From: Tubiluchus corallicola
Taxonomy: Eukaryota; Animalia; Priapulida
DNA: 64,000 bases
Direction: 5' to 3'
Assembly (NCBI GenBank): GCA_030141605.1
Contig: JAQGDQ010000020.1
Span: 248,001 to 312,000, forward strand
Below, in pieces: positions 11,161-23,500 of the stretch. Under the pieces are notes generated by a model, which searched no databases, was not told where the DNA came from, and was given only the letters and a program-made list of their open reading frames with translations. The translations under genes were made by a program, and so were the position numbers. Position 1 is the stretch's first letter. Each line of letters opens with the position of its first letter.

Positions 11161-14127
11161 GTAAAAAAAATTACGCGAAAATGATCACTGTTATTAAAAA
11201 AGATAATAAAGGGAGACCTAAGAAACTATGGCTTATGGCAGGACACCCATACATGCTACATATTATTAAGATGTTATACAATGTTAAAATCTAGAGGATT
11301 TAAATGATTAAATGATTAAATAGTCTGATTTGTTTAACACACGTTCAACGCTTCGGGTTCTTTCAGTATTTATGCGATTCTTTGCAAAAATATTATAATA
11401 TGTATAAGTGATTGTAGGCTACTGTTATTTGCAGTGTGTCAATAAAAGCTTCCTAACTTTCTAGTATTTTTTCTAGTATATATTTGTAATATGTCGTCAT
11501 TGTCTGTATATTATGTCCGATATTGTGATTTTTTTCATTGTCTAAGCAACCGAATGAAATAAATGAATAAAAATACAAAAGAAAGAGCTCAACAGCAAGG
11601 AGAAAAAAGTGAAAGAAAAATTGATAATAATAGTCAGAAAGTGTTTAACAGAAAAACAAAGACAAAGAGAACAGAAAGAGAGAGAGCGAGCGATGAGAGT
11701 GAGAGAGAGAATACTTTAGCACGAAGGCACATGATGGTCTTGAAACTATTATTACCGGTGGTAAAATAAACCGTATAAAACATTCTGTATACATGCTACG
11801 CAAGGAACAGGATACACTGCAGTCTGCATATAAAAACCCGTGACACGTCCAAATTACTCTTTCGGCTTAGAGACGTCAATGGTCAAAGCGTAATTATGGT
11901 GCTTTATATATTATGTGCATTTAATATTTGTTCTATTGTTCTGTGCTGAGTCAACGTACGGTACAGTGAGCTGTGTAAGTAGACTTACTGGTCAAAATAA
12001 GTTATGGCGGACACTGTTACAAGTGGTCACACACTTTTGCTTACCAAGCCTACTGGTTAGAAGTTAAGATTAAAAGTTTACAGCTTTAATTCTAGTTCGA
12101 ATAAATTTAAATCCTATATAAGCCTACACAAAAATTAATTTGAGGGTTTACAAATAACAAACTAGGTTTCACGTTGACGGACTCGTTTACGTCGTTGCCT
12201 GCATTAAACAGGCGTAACTTAAATTACATCAGCCAGAGCTGTATAATGTTCTTTTACAGATTTTATTTTCAAAGCTTGAATATCTCTTGCTATCCGTTGT
12301 TTCTTCTCAATATGTGTTTGCCTGTCCTGTTCTATCGATTTTTCCATTTAATTTTTTTGTCATTGAGACAAGGCGAAACGGAAACAAACCAGCAGAAAAT
12401 TCGACTGGGAATAACCAGTTGGAAAATTATCTGACTACGATATGTTATAATTAATCGAGTAGTAATTTTAATAATCCGCGCTTTTCCTGCCAGACTAACT
12501 AAAGATTTTTGATTACAGGCGTCTGCGTTCTAAATTCGAATCAGCTATAGACTTTTGACCAAAAACTTCTGAATTTTTGACAAGTGTTTTAACATGACGA
12601 AGAGGTATGTAACTAATTTTGTTTTTATAATCATTAGCTAGAGTTAATTTAATTCTATGTTTATTTAGTATAGTTAGGATTTTAAAAGTTTCAGCTCTAA
12701 GCTAATATCTGCTTATTTCGGACTAAAGTGTCAAATCATGATTGTTCGTTACAGCTACAGCTTTTTTACTTGATAAGCTTCGAAATCACCGGACAGTTTA
12801 TTCGGTCTAACTTAAACGGTTTTTGATAGTAAGAAACCGTCTATGATTTTTGTTCGGTCATAAATACATGATGTCTTGTAAACAGAATGTCCCTCTTTTA
12901 AATCCAGACTTCACTTCAACTTTTCCGCATTTCCGGTTAAGTTAAACTTGGTACCAAAATGTAATCGTGAGTCTGTAACAGCATTAATGACTCAGACCCC
13001 AACACACGATGTATATTGTGCAACTTGAGTTGAACTGCAGCTCTTTTCAAATGATTTGTTCATTAGATTAACTCGTTTCTTATATACATTTATATAGTTA
13101 TTTACACGTTTGCTCTTTAGCTCCATTGTTTACATGTTTTGCTTTTTCAGCTCCATGTTTTTCTGTTTTGTGGTAACAACTGCTGTTTTAAAAAGGTCAT
13201 ATCTTTAAATTTAACAAAACGAATATTCTACTAAGGTAGTTAACTAAATTATCATTCTTTTCAAGCGCCATTTGTTTGCATAGCCAGGGGACGGGGGCAA
13301 CAGTACGCGTGTGCCTTGAGATATCAGCAGTAGAGAAGACCACTTCTGGATGTAATTCGAAATCAGTCGACTACTATGTACGATTATCACCATACTGACC
13401 GAGTTATCAAAATAATAAAAGCACAAGAAAATGCTCCTCAGAATTTGCTACTTACTAAATTTTAACGGTAAACCATTTTAAACAATTTCGTAGCTTATTC
13501 TTCGACAACTAAGCAAAAGCTTCAAGTACTTTACATTGTCAATAAGATCAATTGTATTTTTTGGTGACCCAGTTGTGCACCCTGAAATGTATTTACCAGT
13601 TCGCGCACACATTTTAAATGATTACAAACTTTATTTTTCAATTACATAAGACATCACACAAGTACATAAGGGTAATGCTACATAACAGGACTTTGTACGG
13701 AAAATTCTTTGTGAAAGTTCCCTATTGTTTCTCTTTAAGTATTATTACAAACACTTGAGTTTTTGTTATGGCATTAATCGCACATAATAGTTAAATTGTT
13801 TCTTCCATGAATTTAAAGAAGACTATTTGGCGCATTTTATTAGGTGATATCGCACTTTGCTCCAGGTTATGTTGCTGAACAAAATGAGCCATTTGAGCAA
13901 CTGACCTACTGACTTCGAATATTTTATATAAGATCTTGTTGAGAAATTTTTGTCAAAAGTCAAATAAGATATTAGACGAATCCTGCTGCTTAAAAATTAA
14001 ATTGCTTTTGATGCTCAAATTGAATGATATAATCACTATGGCGGGTAAACTTGTGCTCATGAGAGTATGAAGCTATCGGGTGGATGAACCGGCTGCACTT
14101 TTGAAGCTGCACACCTGGCGTAAAAAT

Positions 14128-14205
14128 GAATCCAACCTGTTTCCTGTGCCGTTGTGAATCTAGTCTGTTTCCAGTGCTGATTAATCCAATCTGTTTCCTG
14201 TGCCC
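14128..14205. repeat. short minisatellite (3 x ~27 bp)
   Basis: aatccaacctgtttcctgtgcc / aatctagtctgtttccagtgct / aatccaatctgtttcctgtgcc. Confidence 0.7.
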
Positions 14206-15600
14206 ATGAGTTTTCTTGCGAAATCCCATCCTCCTAGATAACTTTATCATTTCAGTTTCGTATTTTTTTTTACTTTTTTTACATTTCACCTGTTAAACGG
14301 GTCGAAAATGTCTTCCATGCAAAACTTGGATTAGATCATTCTACTGACTTTCAATTTTGATTAAACTAGTGGCATATAATCAATTCTGTTCTTAAAACTT
14401 CAGAGTGAATCAGCCAGAGCAGGACTAATAATTTATTGAAGCTTTATGAAAGTTTTTTTGCCACCCCAAAAAGAACGTATTTTTACTTTTTCTAGCCTGA
14501 ATTGCAGTTTTATGCGCTCCTTCAGCATAAATTTTTGGAACTTTTACTTCAAGCTCAAGCCTATATTTAGTGAATTTCTTAGCATTGTACTTCTGTTAAC
14601 TTAGACCTAATTAAGCAGTAGTTACAACTATGTTTAATAAGTAAGACCAATAGTTGGTAGCATAAAAGAGGGCAAAGTCAGAAACATGGAGCTGCTTCAG
14701 CCATCATGTTGATTTTTGACCTTTGGGGGAAATATGCAAAACTTTTCAAAAAGATGAAATATCTTAGGCTGATTTTTTAACTTTAACGCCATTAGAGGTT
14801 AGGTGATAACGGCAGTGGAGGTTGGGGGTGTTGACATCAATAGATACGACATTTACAGTCTTTGTGTAAGTAGTGAGTCAAGTGACGTCAATAGGTTTTT
14901 GTTACGGCGTAGGTCATTTTATCAATTTCTCCAGTAATCCTAATTCTGATTAAGGTCAGCAATATCACAATACGGCTAATATTTAAAACAGGCAATTTGG
15001 AAATTTCTGGTTTCAGAAAAAGTGTCAGGCGTATTGCTGTCAAGATATTGTGTCGTACCTAAACTGTATTTTGCACAAATTTCAAATTGACAGTTTTATG
15101 GCTGGGCTGGGCTGGGCTGTCCGGTAGGGGGATACATGTGATACTTTTTACGATTTCTTTGAGGAGTTCATCGTTTACAACATCGAACATAAGATTATTT
15201 CTGCTTCAAAGTTCAAAGTGCAGCATGTAGTACCAAGACTGGTGCCACTGCAGAAATGGATATGACGTCATTAATGGGTGAAGACAGTGGCCAATATACA
15301 AGATTTACTCTAAGCTAAAGCTGTTTAGAAAGTTAAATTTGCATGTGTTTATAGTAGCATTAGACTCGTCAAACTGCAGCGTAAATAAACAGCATAAATA
15401 TTGAGAAGTAGTCCTAAATTGTTATGCATCAAAATTATGTATTATTATGTATTATGTATCTTTCAACAAAAGAAAGACGATCTAAGTTTAAGACGATATA
15501 AGACCTTTCTTGTATATAAGTTTACTACGTTTCTGTAAGCTAACTTTGTGTTTTTACTTGTGCCTTATTTTATTCTTCTTCTATGGAATATAAATGTCTG

Positions 15601-15618
15601 AAATAAAATAAATAAATA

Positions 15619-15708
<90 letters not shown>
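15601..15708. repeat. (AAAT)n/(TAA)n microsatellite
   Basis: Direct read; could be the tail of an upstream retroelement. Confidence 0.97.
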
Positions 15709-15799
15709 TGTTAGTACCAGCTAATAAATATTAATTTAACTGCTGATCTTGCATTTATCTTCTATGTATTCTTCTATTTACAAAGAGAGCTTTTGTTTC

Positions 15800-16461
15800 A
15801 CGAGGTGTAGAGAGCAGATACGTGCTACAAAAAGTTTCAGTTTTTAGGACTTGTGACCGCATGCTTTAAGAAGCCAGACAGAAATTGATGTAGTTGAGCG
15901 ATATCCCACTACTGAGTTCATTTATTGAAGAAAATGTTTGGTACTGTGTGACTGGTTAGCCGTGTTAAAACAAACATAGCATTATAGCAAGTGTCATATA
16001 GCATTAACAGCAATTTGGTCTATAAGCCAGTCTGACTCATTTTTTCTTCTGTAAGCTTGCTATAATGTTTTCTCTGTGTCTTTTTTCGGGATAACATGTA
16101 TCTGAACATCGGTTTGTTATTTGTGCTTCTAGTCAGACATAGGTTTCTGGATTTCAGCATTCTGTCATTCTGCACCAGGAAAGCAAGCTAGGTTGATGTG
16201 ACGTCTGCTGGTCTGGTCTTTAAAGCGCAAAATTAAAAACCCTTAATTATCTAAGTTTTGAAAATCTAAATTAGGTTGAATTTAATCTGAATATATTGAT
16301 TTGTTTCAAAACTGTAAGAGTTTTAAAGATATGCTTTAAATTTCCTGAATCAAGGCTGAATTTAGACTGGTATACATGAGACACGCTGTCAAAGGTGGTA
16401 ATTGATGTTTGATTCTAGCTGTTAATCACACTATGTCTCATCTAGAATGATTTATTTACTT

Positions 16462-16514
<53 letters not shown>

Positions 16515-16570
16515 CCGCGTAGGTGCGTGCGTGTAGTTGTACATAATTCTTTGTGATGCAATAAAAACTG
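15800..16570 (+). pseudogene. decayed 3' end of a third white-like paralog (orphan terminal exon 16090-16191)
   Basis: 16090-16191 reads DNMYLNIGLLFVLLVRHRFLDFSILSFCTRKAS*, versus paralog A exon 19 [33 protein letters not shown]; both are 102 nt. The acceptor is cgg instead of cag. Flanking similarity to the paralog A 3'UTR (gttgatg...tttaaag-gcaaaattaaa) and intron 18. Outer boundaries are approximate. Confidence 0.8.
16463..16513. repeat. (GT)n microsatellite
   Basis: Direct read. Confidence 0.98.
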
Positions 16571-17194
16571 TATAACGTTTTGTATTAAAATATTTGTGTA
16601 CGCAAACCTGGTTATTTTTACTTGCTGTTTTTATACCGTATTCACACTCACGCGTGCACTTGTTTAATTATTACAGGTATCATAAATTTTTGTTTACTAA
16701 AAACAACAGTCCTGCATATATTATACTTTGGATGGCTACTTTGTACTTTCACCTACTAATTATGCTTGCTAAATGGTTAATTTATTAGATTTTTTGGTAA
16801 GAATGCATGATAAATTACAAAAAAATCACAATCACAATGCATGTGTATGTGCTTCACAATACTACAACAACACTGTTTTACGAAGAATGTTAGCTATATA
16901 TCAGCCTTGTCAAAGTCACAATTAAGCGATCGAGTGTGTAGCCAAGGTCACATAGGTATTCTATTTAATTAAATTAATATGTTTTTCACCCTTAATTATT
17001 GAAATAGAGCATTTATCGCATTTACAAAATTATTTCGCGTAGCTTGAATTCACTCTGAAATTACATTTGCATGCGTGGAACGAATTAATTAGGACTTGCG
17101 TGATCATTTTGTTTTTGTTATTGCGCTTCAAGAAGGTTTGAGATTAATATTTTAGAACAGACCACTGCTGTCTTTTAATGAGCACTTTGCTAGA

Positions 17195-17422
17195 ATGGCT
17201 GCTTCGCTTCACGAACCTATTATTCACGATGATCAGTTAAATGTAGATGTAGATGGCATTGAAAACAAAGCCTATGAAGAAAGTCTGGGTGAAGTGGAAC
17301 ATGATTTGGAACCAGCTGTTCAATTCGAAACAAGGGACATCAAGCTGCTTGACCGCCTAGCTACATGTGTGCTTGGTATTAGTGAGGTTGAAACGGTAAG
17401 TGACATTATTATTATTATTATT

Positions 17423-17509
<87 letters not shown>

Positions 17510-20500
17510 TATCATTATTATTAATATTATTATCGAAGTAGCTATCTGCTAAGGTCCATTACATATATAAACGAGGGCTCATTTTGTAACAGTACATGCT
17601 TATGAAACAAAACTACTGCAGTACTGAACATTATTGAGCCCAAATTTTTGTGCACTTAATGTGAGAATATTATTTTTTAAACAACATGTCGAATAGTCTA
17701 ATAGCAGGTTGATGATAATAGATAAAAAATCTGCTGCTAGAAACGATTTGCCGGTTAGCTAATTAGCCACAATGGCCTCTACAAAAATTCTTTTTGAGGC
17801 TATTAATGGCATCCCTAAAAATATGTTAGTTACAATCGCCTAGCTTTTCAGTTAAGTAAGCTAAACCTTCAGAGAGATAGAGGACTTTAGGAGTGATAAG
17901 CAAAATTATTATCAGTTGTAGAAGAAGCTTTCCGAGTGGATGAAATGCAGGAAATGCTGCAGTGTTTGGGGCTTCAAACCTAACACAAACTAGGCACAGT
18001 AGTACAAACTACGTACATTTCATAAACCGGCCCTTTTCGTGTCAGTTAGTTACGTTTCATTTTGTGCACTCTTAATCCGACGTCCAACTTTTTCAGATTA
18101 CCTTAACTTGGGAGGAAATAAATGTATGGACACATCATGAAAGTCACAACTCAAATATGGGTTACCAACGAAAACGGACACACGCGAAGCATGTTCTTCG
18201 AAATGGTATTATTGTTTTGATGTTTATTTTGTGTAAGTTTATTTATGTAGGACAAGAATGACAGTGAGTTTTCTTTCTTCTTATCACAGCACCATAATTG
18301 ATGCTTTTCAGCTACCAACCAAATGTAGCTCTTCATTTTTATAGACAATTATTCTTCCTTAGATGAAAAGCAATGTGAAGCAATAATTGAATAAGCAAAA
18401 CAGTGTAGCGAACACGATTATTTCTGTTAAGTTTATGTTTGAAAGGAGAGAAATTAGTGCGAATAGTTTGCTTAAAACCGCAAGATTACACCACAATACT
18501 TAAGTATGTAAAACCCCATTACTAAATGCTTTTACTAGTAACTAAGGTTTGAACACAACATTTCGACAGCATTGTCAGGTGCCTAAAAATTTAAAACAGT
18601 ACTATTAACCTAATTTATTAGTGCGTTAAAATAAAAAATAAATTAGTAATTCTTTGAAAGATGATATAACGAATTTGACCAATTAAACTACATACGTAAA
18701 TTGACAACACAATTTTCATAAACATAATCTAAACCAAACAGATATCTACTTAAACAGAATGTGAGGGCGTAAAATTAACAAACTGTACAGTCAAGTTTAT
18801 GAAACGTAGTATTATCATGTTATAGTTACTGGATATGTAGAAGGTGGAACTCTGCTAGCCATTATGGGAGCCAGGTAATCTTTATCATTTTCTTTATGAT
18901 TGCAGTTTTTTTCAAAGTAATCATCGCTGTTACTGTCTTCATCTCTTCATCATCCCTGTCAAAACATTGTCGTCATTGTCGTTATCATTGTTGTCACCGA
19001 CATCATCATCGTTATTATCTTCGTCATCACTTGACATCATCATCATTTTGTCGTCGTCGTCATCGTGGTCTTCAAGGTATAATCATATATGAATAATACT
19101 TCACCAAAGTTATAAGCCTATGCACAGATGAATAATTCAATTTAAGAAGAGTAAAACTTACAGAGATCTATCTGTTGACGATAATGTAATTTTATTAGAA
19201 TTTGCAACAAATCAACTAAAAATTTTCAAGTGTTGGACTTATAATACAGTTATTAACTAAATTTGCAAGTGGTTTTTATTTAATTGTAAATTTACAAATA
19301 AATAGAGCTTCAGTCTTTTTGCCTAATGTGAATATAATAATTGTAAATTGATTTTTATTGTATTGCCAACAATCATCAGTAGCTTAGCTTCTATTGTTTC
19401 GTACGCGATATCGGGAGCTGCATCCTTAAAGTCGGATTAGTTGGCTACTGCGAATCCATACTTCGTAAATATAAACAGTTGTGCTACTCGTCACGCGTGG
19501 TAGTGGGACGGGCAATCCGATTGTCGATATAATACTGTCGCTATTATTTTGTTTTATTGCACATGGTACATAATCACATGTTACATGTTAAATGTAAATG
19601 TGTATTAGACTAAATTAAATGTGTATTGTTCTTTGCATTAAGATGTAATAAATAAGTGTAAATCTAAATTTCAGTGGTTCTGGGAAAAGTACACTATTAA
19701 ATGTGCTTACGCACAGGCACACTAGTGCGTTTACTCTGCATGGTACGGTGAAAATAAATGGCCATTTTCTTGGACCTGGCATACGATCTATTTCAGCCTA
19801 TGTCCAGCAAGACGATCTCTTTCTTGGTATGCTTACCGTGAGAGAACATTTAAAGTTTCAGGTAGGCCTACTTTTTGATACTTTTTTCTGAAAACAAGCT
19901 TAATCACTTGAAAACAGTTACTCAGCTTGTCTACATAACTAAAACAACAATAGTACTCTCATCATGTGTTAGTTGCGGTAGACAGAATAGAATACTATAT
20001 GTAGGCAATTTACCTAAGTAGATTGGAAACCTTACTCGCTCAATAGTAATGATTAAAATAAAACGTTAGTTGTATTTATTATTTAAAATTTATCGCAAAT
20101 GATGCCCTCTGACTGACCAAGCTGCTGAGTTTGAAGCAGCAGCAAATTAGTTGCATTACAAGTAATAAAATTCAGGTGCTTTCGAGAAAAATGAGTAAAC
20201 GCGATAATAGTCAAAATTGAACTAAACCAATTTATTTCGTGCATTTCTAGTGATAAAATCCAGCTGCTTTCGCCGAATGGGTAACTCAATAACATTCAAG
20301 GTTGAACCTAAGGTCCTATTTATTGAAGTACAGACTCATTCACACACATTCGTGTTACTCAACCTCTTGATCTTCCTCCTCCGTACATTTTATATGTAAT
20401 GTATTATAGCAGACGTTTCATTTACCACCGTGAATCCTTAAAATTCACGTGAGCAACAGAAAACTCAAAGATATAACAGTCCGAATTTTAAAACTTTTCT

Positions 20501-23500
20501 GTTCTGCTATTTTAAAAGCAAAGTTGGGAGAATACGTAGAATGATTGGCTGGTTTTAATAAACATTTCTTCAATTTATAGGCTCTTTTAAGGATGGATGA
20601 AAAGTTATCTTACCAACAGCGTATGGAAAAAGTAGAAGAGGCGTTGATTGAAGTAACGAATATTTATTACATTTAATTGCTAAATTTTGGAGAAAAGGCT
20701 AATAAAGTAGATGTCGTTTTTAAGCTATCATGTGCAAAAAAATTCCACGCAACATATGAACAAAATTCTATTTGTTTTAAAGTAGGCAAATTACAGCAGC
20801 TTGAAACTCTAGTTTTCTCTCAAGCGAAACTCTGATTTCCCGTAAAAACTTTTGAAGTACTATAAAATTTTTATACTGCTACTTTTAAAAAACTGCAGCA
20901 ATTAATATTAATTTTATAGTCATCTGAGCATCTTATTCAGTTACGATGATACTAACTATGAAATAAAAAAACTAAAAGGTCTGAAAAGTGAAAATTTTAT
21001 GTATGTTTCAAGCCAGAACATGAACTAAAGCGATTTCATTAAATATTGCAGTTTAGTCTCAAGTCATGCGAGAATACGCTGATTGGTATTCCTGGCAGAA
21101 TGAAAGGCATTTCAGGAGGAGAGAAAAAACGTCTCGCGTTTGCGTGTGAAGTACGTACGCTCTTATTTAAAGCATGCATGCTTAACTTTAATTTCTTATG
21201 TATGGGTATTCGGTGGAATTCCTATGAGAATACCTTTTGTGGAAAAATGAATGGAATTGGAATAAAAATTAAATTCCTGTAGAAAGGGGAATTCCCAGAG
21301 TTCTACATATTAGAAGGTATAAATTCCTATTCACGCTTTCTTATGTATAGGATTCCGTTCATACCCTTTATATAAAAACTCAATTTTGTTGCCATTACAT
21401 GCTGGGGAAGAACAAAAATAGTATTTAAACATATACGAAAATCCCCTTTTCTGTTAGCACCAAATGAATGTTCTAAGTTTAGTAACAATAATCAAGCATT
21501 TTTAAAGAGTTCAATACCACCAAAACTAGCCAAATCTTTAGCTCTTTTTTTAAACCAACTTGAACATCCAATTTGCAGTTAGAGCTTTTCGGATGTTGGC
21601 AAAAGTAGCCGTGACCCAAAGGAACTAGGAACTTGAAATTCCAACAGTGTTTTTATTAGAGATAGGAGATTAGAGAATTGAGATAAGATGAGATTGTACA
21701 CATTTTTGCTTGTTTGCATCCAACGTTTGTCTTCATATACCCACATGGCAAGCTTAAACTGTAACTCACGCTCAGCATTTTTCAATATATGAGTTACAGT
21801 CGCTGATCAGTTATGATAATATTGTATTCCTATACTAATAGAGCGAAGGCTATGGCCGTCTCAAAACTAAACTCTATCTAGAGGCATCGTCTGTTGAATC
21901 ATAATTTATTTAAGCTTTTTTCTAATTACTAGGTGTTAACAGACCCAAAGTTAATGTTTTGTGACGAACCGACTTCTGGCTTAGATTCTTTTATGGCACA
22001 AAATGTTGTCATGGTCATGAAAGACATGGCTAGTAAAGGACGAACTATTCTGTGTACCATACATCAGCCTGCGTCGGAATTGTACGCTATGTTTGACAGG
22101 TAAAGTACGACTGTTATAGATTTCTTTATTGTACCAGTTTTGCCTATCCAGACTACCAAATGAATTTGTTTTGCTTATGGATTTTTGGTTTTCTAAAATG
22201 TGTTGATTTGGATGCGAAGTACACATACTTCAGATTTGCTCGAGAATAACGAAGGGTAAAAGGTGCCCAAACTAGTTTTGAAAACATTTGTATTGAAAAT
22301 TGCAACATTTGGCTACATGGTTTTATTCAGCCTCTAACAACCATAAAACTACATAACATCACTTGAAAATTCAAGTGACTTTAATTAAGTTATCAACTAG
22401 CAATAGTCACAGCTAAAAAACCAGATGGTAACCCGTAAAGCAAAAAACACATTCCATTCCTTTATTATTTTGGATTCCTGATAATGAAGGTTATGAAGGA
22501 ATAATGTTGCATTCAAGTTACGGTGTTTACGGTTTTCAGGCTGCTGTTGATGGCAGAAGGCAGAGTAGCATATTTGGGTTCAACGAAAGCTCTTCATGGA
22601 TATTTTGATAGTCTGAATTTGAGATGCCCCCCAAAATTCAACCCTGCAGACTATTATGTGGACATTCTAGCCGTCATTCCGGCAAAAGAAACGCAATGCA
22701 GAGATAAAATTGAGGTTCGTGTATTTCTGATGGAAGTATAAACGTGGTTATGCAAAGGGATGAGGAGTAAAAAAAATTAAACGGGTGTAAAAATTTACCA
22801 GGATTGATAGTTAAGATAATTAAGAACTATAATTTGTAATCGCTATAACCCGTGAAGAGTTCTTCGGCTGTCAGTGGCAAAATCGTGCAACTTTCTTTTC
22901 ATTACTAAACTCCTAATTACTATACAGCTTAATTACTGGAGAGCCCTCGGTTCGAAACGCCAAATTTTTGGGCATCTTTCTGATTATCCTTGGCGTAATT
23001 TTATAAATTCTATAATTTTATCACTGACCGATTTGAAATTTGTCATTAACTTCCACATAGTTGTGTGTAGCTTTGTAATGTTTTAAAAGTTTGGTGTCCA
23101 GCTAAAATGGTTTACGAACTAAGTCTAAATACCACGATAACCATAAAAAATCCCTTTCCCAAGTTTAAAATTTGCTTATGGCATATAACGTGATCAATCT
23201 AAAAGCGCCTATCAGTCAAAGAATGGTAAAGAGTGTGGACATTTTTTAGAAAATCTGCGACGCATTTGAGATATCAGCAGAACGTGGAGTAATAAAACAA
23301 GTGATTAAGGAGGACAACGAGAACAAGCAACTCTATGACGTAAGAATTCTTAGTTATTCTTAATTATTGCACTTAAACTGAAGCAACTACACTTAAACAA
23401 ATATGTAATATAGACTAGAGTAAACTCATATTTTTGTAACTATATGTTTTCGTACATATACAATTTTATTTTGTTTTTTCAGTTTGGTGAACTGTTGGTT

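Noticed and set aside
18896-19096. His/Cys/Arg-rich ORF (metal-binding-like)
   Set aside because: Translation of a degenerate (TCA/TCG)n tract inside an intron.
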